Source: the human T2T-CHM13v2.0 reference genome, Homo sapiens
DNA length: 64,000 nucleotides
Assembly (NCBI RefSeq): GCF_009914755.1
Contig: NC_060928.1
Direction: 5' to 3' (one strand)
This document shows, piece by piece, positions 27,295-41,730 of the stretch (its first letter is position 1; every line of letters begins with the position of its first letter). The notes under the pieces were generated by a model. That model was not told the origin of the DNA. It was given only the letters and a program-made list of their open reading frames with translations, and ran no database searches. The position numbers were made by a program, and so were the translations under genes.

Positions 27295-30200
27295 GGAAGA
27301 TAGGGTGAGATAATGGAATAGAAGCCTACACTGTTAGTCCACCTGCCCTTCCCCGCTTTCCTGGAACCCAAATTTTAACAACTATCTGCACACAAGAAAA
27401 CACCATCACAAGAACCAAAAGTCAGGCAGGTGAACAATTAAAGTGCCTGGTTTTGATTTTACATCACTGAAACAGGCATTGAGGAGAGCAGGAGAGATAG
27501 TGTTGAATCACTGACACCACCCCTACTCCATCCCAGCAGTGGCCATGCTACATGAAGACAGAATTTGTGGACTTTGAAGAGGATGAGCACAATGACTGGA
27601 AGACTTTACATTGAACCCAGTGCTGCACTGTTGCAGAAGAGAAGAAAGCTATGTTGGGCTCAGCCAGCACCTGTGAATGGAGGGCCATTTAGACCAGCCC
27701 TAGCCAGAGGGGAATCATCCATCCTAGCCATCAGAATTTGAGAGTCTTAGCAAGCTTCACCACTGTGGGCTGAAGTGTTTTGGTGTACCAGATACCTAGT
27801 TTTGCCATAGTGGCATAGAGCAAGAAGAAGTCTGTTAAGGTCCCTCAGTTTGGGCCTGTATTCTGACTGCGTTTCTGGACCTGCCCTTGGCCAGAGAGCC
27901 CACTGACCTGAAAGGTGAGTCCCAGGTATGACAGCATTCACCACAAGCTAACAGAAGTGCCCTTGATCTTTAAGTGAACATCACTGGTGGCCTGGCAGAA
28001 CCACCCATGAACTGGTGGTGGTGGTGGCCACAGGGAGAGGTTCCTTTGCCTGCGGAAAAGTGATGGGAGGGAAGAGCAAGAATGACTTCATATTGTGGTT
28101 TGAGTGACAGCTTAGCTGCAGTAGTATATAACTTCAAGTAAATTGCTAAGGTTTTGCCTCTAATTACTCACTCCCAGAAAATGTCTCTGAACATGCCTGG
28201 AAACTGGGGGATCTCACCACACTGAAGAAAATGGCCTTGGGCAAGGCCCAGTGCTCTGCTGGCATCAGGTCTGAGCTAGCACAGTCTCAGTGTTGATGAC
28301 CACAGGGTGCTTGAATTACCACACCCCCAGTTCCAGGTTCAGCAGAGACAGAGGGACTTTATTTGTTTGGCAGAAAATAAGGGGAAATAACAAGAGTCTT
28401 TCCCTAATAATCCAAAGAATTCTTGCAAATTTTATCCAAGACCACTGAGGCAGTACCTCTACAAGTCTGCAAAAAACACAGTGTTATAGGGTTTGCGGCC
28501 CAAATCTCTTTGCATACCTGAAAAGCCTTCCAAAGAAGGAGAGTTACAAAAAACCTCAACTCTGAAGACCATAACAAATAAATACCTAACTCTTCAATGG
28601 CCAGACACCTACAAATATCAACACCATCCAGGAAAACACGAGCCCACAAAATGAACAAGATAAGTCACCAGGGACTAATACTGGAGAAAAAGAGTTATAT
28701 CGTCTTTCAGACAAGTAATTAAAAAGAGCTGTGTTGAGGAAACTCAACAAAATTCAAGATAACACATTGAAGGTATTCAGATAAATTTAACAAAAAGATT
28801 AAAACAAAAAGGATCAAAAAGAAATTTTAGAGGAGAAAAATGCAATTGACATATGGAGAATTCATCAAAATCTCCCAATAGCAAAAACGATCAAGCAGAA
28901 GAAAGAATTAGTGAGCTTGAAGACAGCTATTTGAAAATACACAGTCAGAGGAGACAAAAGAAAAAAGAATACAAAAGAATGAAGCATGTCTACAAGGTAT
29001 AGAAAATAATTTCAAAGGGACAAATCCAGGAGTTATTGGCCTAAAATCCGAGGTAGAGAAAGAGATAGGGGGAGAAAGTTTGTTCAAAGGGATAATATCA
29101 AAGAACTTCCCAAACCTAGAGAAAGATATCAACATTCAAGTACAAGGAGGTTACAGAACACAAAGCAGATTTAACCCAAAGAAGACAACCTCAAGACATT
29201 TAATACTTGAACTTCCAAAGGTCAAGGATAAAGAAAGGATCTTAAAAGCAATAAGAGCAAAGAAATAAATAGCATACAATGTAGCTCTAATATGTGTGGC
29301 AGCAGACTTTCCAGTGGAAAGGTTTGCAGGCCAGGAGAGGATGACATGACATATATTTGAAGTGCTGAAGAATTAAAAACTTTTACCTTAGAATAGTTTA
29401 TCTGGTAGAAATATTTTTTAAGCATGAAAGAGAAATAAAGACCTTCCCAGTCCAACAAAAGCTGAGGGAGTTTATCAATACCAGACCTGTTCAACAAGAA
29501 ATGGTAAACAAAATTATTCAGTCTGAAAGAAAAATATGTTAATGAGCAATAAAAAAATCACCTGACGGTACGAAACTCACTGAGAGTAGTAACCACAAAG
29601 AAAAACAGAGTACTATAGCACTGTCATTATGATATGCAAAATACTCCTGACTTAAGTACAAAGACTAAACAATGAACCAATCAAAAATAATAACTTTTAA
29701 ATTCATAGACAGCACAATAAGACATAAAAAGGAACAACAAAAAGTTAAAAAGTGGGGGCATAAATTTACAGTGTAGAATTTTTATTTGTTTTCTCTTTTC
29801 TGTTTGTTTATGGAATCAGTGTTATCAGTTTAGAATAATGGGTTATTAAACAGTATTTGCAAGCCTCCTGGTAACTTCAAATAAAAAAAGACATAACAAA
29901 TACACAAAAAATAAAAAGCAAAATTAAAGCATACTACCAAAGAAAATTACCTTCACTGAAAGGAAGACAGGAAGAAAAGAAAGAAGGAGGAGAAGTCTGC
30001 AAGACAACCAGAAAACAAATAATAAAATGGCAACAGAAACTCCCTACTTATCAATAAAAACGTTGAATGTAAATGGAAGAAACTCTCCAATTAAAAGACA
30101 TACAGTGGCTGAAAAGATGAAAAAACAAGGTTCAACGATATTTTGCCTCAAGAAACATACTTCTCTTATAAAGACACACAAAGAGTGAAAATAAAGGAAT

Positions 30201-33200
30201 GGAAAAAGTTATTTCATGCCAATGGAAATAAAAAAGAGAAAGAGCAGCTATACTTATGTCAGAAAAAAAAATTCCTAACAAAAACTGTATAAAAAGACAA
30301 GATTATCATGTAATAATAAAGAACTCAATTCAGCAAGAGAATATAATACAATTGCAAATAAATATGCACTCAACATTGGAGCACCCCAATACAGAAAGCA
30401 AATATTATTAGAGCTAAAGAGAGAAAGATAGACCTCAACACAATAATAGCTGGAGACTACTACACCCCCACCTACAGCATTGGACAGATATTCCAGATGG
30501 AAAATCAATAAAGAAAAATTGGACTTAATCGTCACTGTAGAACAAATGGACATAATTGATATTTATAGATGATTGCATCCAATGACTGAAGAATACACAT
30601 TTTTTTTTCTTAGCACATGGATCATTCTTTTGGATAGATCATATGTTAGGTCACAAAACAAGTCTTAATACATTTCAAAAATTTTAAACAATACCAAGCA
30701 TCCTCTCTCACCACAATGGAATAGAACTAGAAATCAATTACAAGAAAAATTTTGAAAACTATATGAAAAACATGTGAATTAAGCAATATTCTCCTGAATG
30801 ACCATTGAGTCAATGAAGAAATTAAGAAGGAAATTGAAAAATGTCTTAAAACAAATGACAATGGAAACACAACATAACAAAACCTGTAGGATACAGCAAA
30901 AGCAGTGTTAAGAGGGAAATTTATAGCCATAAGTGCCAATTCAAACAAGAAGAAAAACTTCAAAAAGATACCCTTATAATGCATCCTAAAGATCTATAAA
31001 AGAAAGAGAAAGCTGAACCTAAATTTAGTAGAAGAAAACAAATAATAAAGATTAGGGCAGAATTAAATTTGAAACAAAGAAAACAATATAAAATATCCAT
31101 GAAAAAAATTTCAAACTTTTGGCCAGAATAGCTAAAAAAAAAAAAAGAGAAGACCCAAATAAATAAAGTCAGATATGAAGAAGGAGGAATTACAAATAAT
31201 ACCACAGAAATTCAAAGAATCATTAGTGGCTACTATGAGCAATTACATTCCAATAAGTTGGAAAATCTAAAAGAAATGAATAAATTTCTAGACACATACA
31301 GCCTATCAAGATTTAACCATGAAGAAATCCAAAATCAGAACAGAACAATAATTAATAAAATGAATACCGTCAGAAAAGCCCAATATCTCTGATGAATAAT
31401 GATGCAAAATCCCTCAAAAAATACTAGTAAACTGAATTCAATGATATATTAAAAAGATCATTCATCGAGACCAAGTGGGATTTATCCCTGTGATGCAAGG
31501 ATGGTTCAATATATGCAATTGAATCAATGTGATATATCAATATAATGTAGGACAAAACCATATAGTAATTTCAACTGATGCTGAAAAAGCATATGATACA
31601 GCTCTACATCCCTTCATGATAAAATTTCTCAAAAAATGCATATAGAGGAAACATACCTCAACATAATAAAAGCCATATAGGCCAGAACTACAGCTATTAA
31701 TTGTAACATACTGAATGGGGAAAAACTGAAGGCATTTCTTCTTAGACCTGGAGCAGTACAAGACTTTCCAATTTCACCAATTTTATTCAACGTAGTACTG
31801 GAAGTCCTGGTTAGAGCAAACAGACAGGAGAAAAAAATAAAAGCCACCCAAACTGAAAAGGAGAAAGAAAAAAGTATCCTTGTGGACAGATGATATGATT
31901 TGATATTTGAAAAAAACTAAAAACTCCACTAAAAAACTATTAGAAACAATAAAGACATTCAGTAATCTTGCAGGATACAAAATCGACATACAAAAACCAA
32001 TAGAATTTCTATATGCCAACAATGAACAATGTGAGAAAAAATCAATAAAGGAATCTCATTTAGAATAGCTACAAATAAAGTTAAATAGCTAGCAATTAAC
32101 TTAACCAAAGAAATGGAAGATCTCTATGATGAAAACTATAAAACATTGATTAAAGAAATTGAAGAAGACAGACAAAAAATGGAAAGGTCTTCATGGATTG
32201 GAAAAATCAACTTTATTCAAATATCCATAGTACTTAAATAAATCTATAGATTCAATGCAATACCTAACAAAATACCAATGATATTCTTTACAGAAATAGA
32301 AACAAAACACTTCTAAAATTTATATGGAACTACAAAAGACCAAGAATAGACAAAGCTACTTTAAGCAAAAAGAACAAAACTGGAGGAAATAATTTACCCA
32401 ACTTCAAATTATTCTACAGAGATATAGTATCTAAAATATTATGGTACTGACACAAAAGCAGACATATAGACCAATGAAACAGAATAAAGAACATAGGGGA
32501 AAATCCAAACTCTACATAAACTCATTTTTGATAAAGGTGCCAAGAACATTCTTTGGGGGAAAAGATGGTCTTCAATAAATGGTTCTAGGAAAACTGTACA
32601 CCCAAATGCAGAAGAATGAAACTGCATTCCTATCTCTTACCATATACAAAAATTAAATTAATATGGATTAAAGACTTAACAGAGGAATGGATAAAGAAAA
32701 TGTGGTACTTGTACACAATGGAGTACTATTCAACAATAAAAAAATGAGATTCAGTCTTTTGCAACATGGATGGAACCACAAGTCATTATGCTATGTAAAA
32801 TAAGCCAGGTATAAAAAGTCAAACATCGCATATTCTCACTTATTTGTGGTATCTGAACATCAAAACAATTAAAACCATGGATATGGAAAATAGAATGTTA
32901 GTTGCCAGAGGCTAAGAATGGTTGTGAGGGGGCAGGAGAGAGGTGGGATGCTTAATATGTACAAAAAATATACAGAGTGAATGAATAAGACAGCATTTCA
33001 GGGTAATAGACAATAATAATTTCACTGTAAATTTTTAACTAACCGAGAGATGTAATTGGATTGTTTGTATCACAAAAAATAAATGCTTGAGGGGATGGAT
33101 ACCCAATTTTCCATGATGCATATTATGCATTTCTTGCTGTACCAAAATATCTCAAGTACCCTATAGATATCTACACCTAATATGTACCCACAAAAATTAA

Positions 33201-33215
33201 AAATTAATTTGAAAA
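27295..33215 (+). mobile_element. Near full-length L1MA1/2 (L1M1-type 5'UTR) with two internal ORF2 deletions
   Basis: 5'UTR 'aacaactatctgcacacaagaaaacaccatcacaagaaccaaaa'. ORF1 remnant 29080-29268 (NFPNLEKDINIQVQ...RHLILELPKVKDKERILKA). ORF2 start ATG ~30027. L1MA 3'UTR 'gcttgaggggatggatacccaattttccatgatg...tatgtacccacaaaaatt'. Confidence 0.92.
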
Positions 33216-33715
33216 TAAAATGAGAGTATTCAATAAGTGAATAAATACTTGATTAATTCAAGCAAAGTCAGGAAAAATACAAGACTAGAGGAAACATAGA
33301 AGAATAAATTACAAAATTATAAACAATATTAGTCATTTCACTGACTACATTAAATTCAAAGGCACTAAACACTACATTTGAAAGCCAAAGGCTGCCAGAC
33401 TGGATGAAAAAACAACATCCAACTATATGGTGTTTACAAGAGACAAAATTTAATTATAAGGATACCAGGAAATCGAAGGATGAAAAACAATATGTAATGC
33501 AAACAGTAATGATTAGAAAGCTATAGAGAGAACCCTATGTAGATATCTAAAAAGTAGATATTACCGGAGAGAGCAAGAGAGATTTTTTGACAGAAGCGTC
33601 AATTCATCAGGAAGGCATAACTGTCTTATATATGTATGCATCCATAGCATAGGTTTAAAATGCATAAGAGAATAATTAAATGTTCCAAAAGAAAAATAAC
33701 TAAATTTAAGATTTT

Positions 33716-34011
33716 GGCCAGGTGCAGTGGCTCATGTCTGTAATCCAAGTGCTTTGGGAGGCAGAGGTGGGAGGATCACTTGAGACTGGAAGTTTTAGAC
33801 TAGCCTGTGCAACATAGTGAGATCCCCTCTCTACAAAAATGTAAAAACTAGCCAGGTGGGGTGGTGTGTGCCTGTAATTACAGCTACTCAGGAGGCTGAT
33901 GTCGGAGGATTGAGCCCAGGACTTCCATGTTGCAGCAGGCTGTGATCGTGCCAGTGCACTCTAGCCTGAGCAAGAGAGGGACACCATGTCTCTTAAAATA
34001 ATAATAATAAT
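33716..34011 (+). mobile_element. AluJ (Jo/Jr-like)
   Basis: Diverged dimer with J-type 'gggaggatcacttgag' and an (AAT)n tail. Confidence 0.92.
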
Positions 34012-34792
34012 ATCACTAATTTTAATTTCTCAGTAATTTCTTGAACAAGTAGACAAAATATCATTAAAGATGTAGAAGGATTACATTATCTAATGTGACC
34101 ATATTCACATTTACGGATATGGAGTATTACATTCAACAATGGAATAATACACATTATTTTAAAGCACTCAAGGAATATTCACCAAAATACACTACAAGAT
34201 GAAGCATAAAATGAGTTCCAAAGAATTAAAGTTATATAGATATCATAATCTGAATGAATAAAAACAAACTGAAAAACTACTTCAAATTATTAGAAATCCA
34301 TCAAAAGTTAGAAATACAAAACCCCATTCTAAATACGTATGGGTGAAAAAGGAATGAGTGAAAATGAGAAAATATTTTTTCTAAATGATAGTGAATACAA
34401 AACCTAACAACATGTTTGTATGTAATTAAAGTAGTGATTAGAAGGAATTTTTAAACCTCAAAGCTCATTAATTGGATGTTGGGGAAAACAGTTTTAAAAT
34501 CAATCATTCAAACCTTGGCATGAGAAGCTGAAAAAAGAAAAGCAAATAAAAACTGAAAAGGAAAAAGAAAAAGATATGAACATAAATAAATAAACTATTA
34601 GAACAGAAAAACAGACGAAAAAATCATAGATTCAAAAGACTATATTTGAAAAAGTTACCAAATTTAATAAATTCATATGATTTACTGAGAAGATGAGACA
34701 CAGGATATACAAATGACCAATTTCAGGAATGCAAAAGGAGATATTATTCCAGGTGCTGTAAAATTTGTTAGGAGAATGAGGTAATATTGCAA

Positions 34793-35089
34793 ACCTTTAA
34801 AGAGGTACTTAATGTTAAATGTGATCAATAAAGGTGAAGCCCTAATGCAACTGGACTGTTGTCTTTATAAGATGAAGAGACACCAGGTGCATGCATGCAC
34901 AGATAAAAGCCATGTGAGGACAGAGTGAAAAGGTGACAATTAGCAAGCCAAAGAGTACTCAGGAAAAACCAACTCTGCCAACACTTTGATCTTGGATGTT
35001 TACCTCCGGAATTGTAAGAAATGAGTTTCTGTAGTTTAAGCCACCCATGATGTGGTGTTTTGTTATGGCAGTCTTAAAAGACTAAAATA
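34793..35089 (+). mobile_element. MLT1B LTR (3' two-thirds)
   Basis: 'ccaactctgccaacactttgatcttgga...gtttaagccaccc...tttgttatggcagtc'. Confidence 0.85.
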
Positions 35090-36345
35090 TTCTTATATTA
35101 AAATCTAAAAAGAATATTACATGAAGAGCAAATTTCAGAGCAACTTTTATCAAAGCATAGACAGAAAAATTCTAAAAAGAAAATATCAGCAAATACTATA
35201 AAACAATATATAAAAAGATTTATACATCATGACCAAGTGAGATTTATCCCAGTAGTAATGTTAGATTGAAGTAATATTAAAAAGTAGATTAACGCAGCAT
35301 GTTAGCAAAATAAACAAAATATATAATCATCTTAATAGATGAAGAAACAGGATTTGATAAAAATTAATATTCATTTATAAGAAAAACTAACAATCTAGAA
35401 ATAGAATATTAATCTGTTATAGAGTATCTATATAATTTATTTTAGTATATCATATTGCATGATAAAACAGTTAATGTTTTACTCCTACTTTTAAGTCTAA
35501 ATGTAGAATATTTCCTTTCCATATTTATATAAACCCTGTGCTGTACATCTTGGCTAGTACAATAAGAAAATAAAAAAAATATAAGACATAAAAGATGGAA
35601 AAAATTAAACTGCCCTAATTCACTATTGGTAAAAACAGTAACAAAAAATTAAAAATGCAAAAACTTATAGAAATAGTAGATAAATTTAGCAGAAAGTAAA
35701 AGTAAATATATAAAACTAACTTTATATTTAGGTACTAAAGACAGTGGTAAAAAATGTTTAAATATGTTCTATAGCATAAAAATCATGAAATCTTTAGAAA
35801 TGTAACAAAAGATATGTAACAAATAAAACATCATTGCTGAGTTAAACTAAAGAAGACTTAGCTAAATTTTTATGGTTAAGAATACCCAATATTGTCAATT
35901 TATAATTTTCTTTCTAAATTAACTACAGAGACAACGTATTTCTGCTAAAAAATATATGTAGTAATTGACAAATGGAATATAAAACATATTTTTAAAAATA
36001 CCAAGGATTTAGAATATTCAAGGGAATAATGAAGGAGAACGGAGTTGACTACAATGGTTACTACAAAACTATAGTAATTCAGAGAGTTTAACACTTATGT
36101 AAGAATAGGTGAACAGATCAGCAAAAACAGAGGCAAGAGTAGATCCACAAACTAAAGGATAATTAATTTTTAATGAAGGAATCAAAGCAATTTTATGGGA
36201 AAAGTACATCTTTTCAAAAAATTATGCTTAATAAGCTCAATATATATATTCAAAAACCCGATAATCTTTTCCCAACCCCAAGTCACCACGTGCAGAAATT
36301 TTAACTTAAAATGGATGATAGATAAAATTTTGAAAACTAAATCTA

Positions 36346-36644
36346 GACCCAGGTGTGGTGGCTCAGGCCTATAATCCCAGCACTTTGGGAGGCAGAGTCA
36401 GGTGGATTACTTAAGCCCAGGAGTTCAAGACCAGCCTGGGCAACACGGGGAAATCCTGTCTCTACAAAAAATACAAAAATTAGCTGGGCAAGTTGGTGCA
36501 CCTGTAGTGCCAGCTACTTGGGTGGCTGAGGTGGGAGGATCACTTGAGATTAGGAGGTCACGGCTGCAGTGAGCTGTGATCATATTATTACCCTACAGCT
36601 TGGGCAACAGAACAAGATACTGTATCAAAATATATACATATAAA
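36346..36644 (+). mobile_element. AluJb with TSD
   Basis: Full dimer. TSD aaaactaaatcta (36333-36345) / aaaactaaagcta (36645-36657). Confidence 0.93.
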
Positions 36645-37023
36645 AAAACTAAAGCTACATCAGTTTTGGTAGAATATACAAAGTAATAAGTTTTATGATA
36701 TTGGTTTGTCAATATTTCTTAGATGGAACTCAAAAGGCACTTAGCAAAAAAGGGAAAAAGCAATCATTTGTATTTTACCAAAATTAACATATTTTAATCA
36801 TCAAAAACATTATTAAGGCAGTGAAAAGTCACAAATAGACTGAAGAAAATGATGAGTTAATAGCTATGCTACCAAAGAAAGGACTCATACCCTGAATATA
36901 AAAATAATTCTTCCACATTAGTACTAAAGTGATAAACATTTCCACTAAAATTTGTGTCAAACACTAGAACATGTATGTCCAAAAAGACATAAGTGACTCA
37001 CAAGAAACATGTGGAAGGGTGAT

Positions 37024-37406
37024 TATATTCGTTCATTTTCGCACTGCTATAAGAAACTGCCCGAGATTGGGTAGCTTATAAAGGAAAGGGGTTTCATTGA
37101 CTTACAGTTCAGCATGACTGGGGAGGCTTCAGGAAACTTACAATCATGGTGCAAGGTGAAGGCGAAACAAGGCACCTGCTTCACAAGGCAGTAGGAAGGA
37201 AACGTGCCAAGTGGAGGGCGAAGGGTCCCTGATAAATTCATCAGATCTCGTAAGAACTCACTATCATGAGAACAGCATAGGGGAAACGCCCCCATGACTC
37301 AATTACCTCCACTTGGTCTCTCCCTTCACAAGTGAGGATTATGGAGATTATGGGGTTTACAATTCAAGATGAAATTTGGGTGGGGACACAAAGCCTAACC
37401 CTATCA
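37024..37406 (-). mobile_element. THE1D solo LTR with perfect TSD
   Basis: 5-bp TSD GTGAT at 37019-37023 and 37407-37411; ends 'gggtggggacacaaagcctaaccctatca'. Confidence 0.93.
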
Positions 37407-37901
37407 GTGATAAACATTAATATTTTTTAACAATGTCAATTAAAATCAAAATGTACAATTTTAAAACCCAGAATAAAAAAAACTGAAAAGGCCAGCAATA
37501 ATTAGTATTAGCAAAGATATAGAGCATTCAGAACTTTTATACATTGCTGGTGAGAGTAAAAAAATGACATAACTACTTTGGAAATGTATGTATTTTCTCA
37601 TAAAGTTACATAGATATCAACCCTACACCCTAGCAGTTTCACTCCTAGTTACTATGTGAGAGGAAAAAAAAGCTTTAAGTTTACACAAAAGATATGTGTA
37701 AGTATGTCCATAGCAGCTTTATTCATAATATTCAGAAACTAGAAGAAAAAAAATCAGCTATCTATTAGAAGATAAATGAACAGACTATGATATATCTATA
37801 CAATGAATTAACAAGGAAAAAAGAATTGATGTAAATAACAACACCTGTGAATTTCAAAAGCATGATAGTGAGAGAAATGAAATGCAAAATAATACACAAT
37901 G

Positions 37902-38223
<322 letters not shown>

Positions 38224-38779
38224 TCAATTATATGAATTTAATGAACACACAAAATTTATCTATAGTAATAGCAATCAGATGAGTACAGACCTATTGTAGT
38301 GTGCATTGCTTAGAGAGAGGCACAAGTAACTTTCTGGCATCATAGAAATGTTATCTGTCTTCAACCATGTAATTGATACATGTGTTTTTACAATTTTTAC
38401 AATTTTACAATTTCAAAATTAAATGATGTATGTCTTTAGGATTTTTTTATTTTAATGGATGTAAATTACATCTCAATAAATTATTAGCTTTAAAATAAAA
38501 CAATAAATAAATAAATAAAACTTTCAAGTAATTATAAGTCATAAGAAGAAAATAGAATTAGAAGATAGGCTAAGGAGTAAACTGGAACGGGTGAAGATAG
38601 GGACATATCTGAGGAGATAAAATTTTGCATAAGAATTGGAAAAAAAAGAGAGAGACAACAGGAAAAATCCCCGTGTGGATGATAGCAGGCAATTAGACCA
38701 ACAGATGCAGTCTGATGGAAAAAACAAGAAAAACAACTTGTGAAGCAAGAGGAGACACTCAATGTGGGTGTGCATACAC

Positions 38780-39025
38780 ACTTATTTTTGTGTGCCTGTG
38801 TTCTCTGGAAAGACATATGTGGACCCCAGAGTGGGCACATGAAAAAGACTTCAACTGGACTTGAAGGCTGGAACCAAGACCAGCCAGTCCAGATCTTAAA
38901 ACAAATATGCCTTGGTCCCAAATACACCTATACGAAAATATAAAATGAAGGTTTGTTTTGGTACAGCCACTGAAATTTGGGGTTATTTGTTATGCAGTAT
39001 TATTGCAGCAATAGCTCTCTAATAC
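38780..39025 (+). mobile_element. Old MLT1 (H/I/J) LTR 3' part
   Basis: Ends 'agccactgaaatttggggttatttgttatgcagtattattgcagcaatagctctctaataca'. Confidence 0.72.
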
Positions 39026-39120
39026 ATGTAACAACTATGCATGACAATGATTTGTTATGAAGAGTAGCAATTTAATTAAAATTATATAATATCAGGTAAT
39101 AGAATATACTATAGTGTAAA

Positions 39121-39305
39121 AAGTGGTTCTCAGACTTTGATGAGAATGAGAATCTCTTGGGAAACTTATTAAAATCTACATTCAATGGCCTAAGTTCTAA
39201 AAAATATGATTCCTTTGTTCTGAGTTGGAGAATAGTAATTTTAAATACATGTATTATTCACAATGATCCCAATTCAATTGTTTAAAGACACACTTGTACT
39301 ACATA
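39121..39305. mobile_element. MER5 (hAT-Charlie) relic
   Basis: 'agtggttctcagacttt...gaatctcttgggaaacttattaaaa'. Confidence 0.6.
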
Positions 39306-40971
39306 AGCATAATGTCAAATTACATTGAAAATTTACATCATTTGTCCTGATGGTTTAAAAACATTTTTTTCTTGGGCAAATATATGTTAGATATGAATGT
39401 ACTGTTGGTTTCTCTTTTATTTTTATGTGGGTAAGCATTTGGTTTCACAAAAATGAACACAGGATATTTTGATTAATTTAGAGCATCTGTGGGCAGCTTC
39501 ATTTAGAATATTGCTTAGATTTAGTCATCTTTGATCTTGCTTGCCTAATAAAATCACCATAGCTGGAATCTAGACTTTAACTCATGTCCTAGCAGATGTT
39601 CATCTCTTTTGTCCTTTTAAGATTAGGTTAAATACAGCTGGTTAACTTTATTTATCCCATAGTTTGAGAGTGTTATCATTTATTCACATGTTATATCTGC
39701 CCTTAATTAAGGAAACAGATTTTTGCCCAAAATGTGTTCTTGAAAGTTTGAGTGGTACTATGTAGAGATGCAGAAATCTGCCACTTCTTTTTTTTCTTTT
39801 CATATAAAAAGTGTCTAATTTTTTGTGGTGTCTTTTTAGAAACACACCGGTTCCTCCACTTTCTAGCAGCAGATGACTTGGTTGCTAAACTTTCGGAATA
39901 AAAGCCTTTCTCTTTCAAATTTGAATTTTGGAAATTAGTCCCAACTAGCAAGCTCTTTGTTTTCTATTTTACTGCTTTCCTTCTGTTTTTATTCTTTATA
40001 CCATTCATTCCACAATATGAGATGCATCTATAATGAATTATGTATGAATATACACAATTATATCATAGATACCATAGCTTTGTTTCATTGTCTTTCACTA
40101 TTAACATTTAATAATTTTGAGTAATAATAAGCCAATAGAGTACCTATATCTTACATAAATAATGAATAGAAAGCCTAAGATAGAAATAACAGTTTGATTT
40201 GCAATCACTGTGCTTGTCTTCTGGTATGTGACATTTCATTGACTAAAGCATTAATCACATCCCTCTTTCCGTCCTCCTCTGCAGGGGTTAAGGATAATAA
40301 AGAATCATCAAGTGAGGGCCAGTCATCTGATTCCACAATGTGAAATATAAAGGCCAAATATTTTGGATAATAAAATATGATTATCAAATTCTTGTGAAAA
40401 AGATAGCCCTCTGATGGAAGTGTATTATATTATTTTAGGCTACAAAACATTGTCACTCATACAAGGATACATCAAAATGTAACATATATTATATACACCT
40501 GGGGAAATCAGTATCCATTTTAATTGACTATTCTTCTAAACTGAACTTTCTGCAATCATGACTACTTTTTTTTTTAACAAAGATATAGTTCTGCTCATGA
40601 TGATCTCTTTGAAAAGTCTGATTGAATATGCTTTTAGTTCTTTTTCCTAAACGAATTCCCCTTTGGAATCTGAATTCCAGAGAGCAATGCAGTTCCCACA
40701 TCTACATCTGTTTATTACTTTAATAGATATTACCCTCCAAAACTTCTTGTTAATACTGAACTTAAGTATGTGTTCATCATTAAAGATAGAAGGTAACTGC
40801 TCTTTTTTAATATTTCTAAGGCAAAAAAGAAAGAATGAAAATTAGGTGCTTTCTTTTTACTCTTTAGCAAGTTTAACTAATGTAATTAACAAAAATGGAC
40901 TCATTCAAAGAGTTAACTCACTACCTATTAGTCCAGCATGATGTGAGTAGGTAATTTATACTTATTTTACA

Positions 40972-41730
40972 AACATCTAATTGAGTGCTTAGTTTGTGCT
41001 GAAAACTATTGTATGACAGAGAGTGGTATTCCCTAAATATCTATTTCCTTTGTAGTCTATGGAATTTAAACTCCCAATTGTTAGCTGGGCACATAAGCAA
41101 ACCAATAGACATCACATTGTCCAGCTTTCTTGTAGAGAAGTGTATTATTTGACCAAATTTTGGTCACTGGGGTATGTGAAGTTGGGCAGAAGTCATGTGG
41201 ACCTTTTCAGGAACCCTTCTTAAGAGACAGTAGTTGTCGATCCTTTGTCCTGTTTCCCTGTCCCTTACCCCCTTCCTGTAACCTGATGTGTAGACACAGA
41301 GGCAGTAGGAGCAGATGTATGCACCATGATTTGTTCCTGAGCAAAAAAGCCTGGATAGACAAGTAGTTTATGAAGCAAACTGCCATATCCACACTGGACT
41401 TCCAGATTCCACATGATTTTTAGTTTCTATATGAAAGATAAATGAACTTTATTGTGTGTTTGCTTGTTTACATCACTTAAGTCACTGTTATTCTGTATCT
41501 AGGACTGCTAAGCACAATCCCAGGTTATATTATACACATAACATCACGTTTAATACTCAGAACTTAGCCATGAAGTAGGAACCATTATAATACCCAGTCT
41601 AGAGTTGAAGAGACTCAAGTATAGAAAATGGACAATCTTGCCCAGTATCTTACAGTTAGTGAATGGAACAGTCAAGTCTATGTCCTGACGATTTGATTCC
41701 AGAGATTCTAAACTAGTATGAAAGACTGCT
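40972..41730 (-). mobile_element. MIR split by an MLT1J LTR
   Basis: MIR 3' tip 'ttgagtgcttagtttgtgc' at 40972-41009 and MIR core 'gaagtaggaaccattataataccc...cttgcccagtatcttacagttagtgaatgg' at 41545-41730. Confidence 0.6.
41010..41530 (+). mobile_element. MLT1J-like solo LTR
   Basis: 'ttagctgggcacat...ccagctttcttgtag...tgaccaaattttggtca...ttaagtcactgttatt'. Confidence 0.7.
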
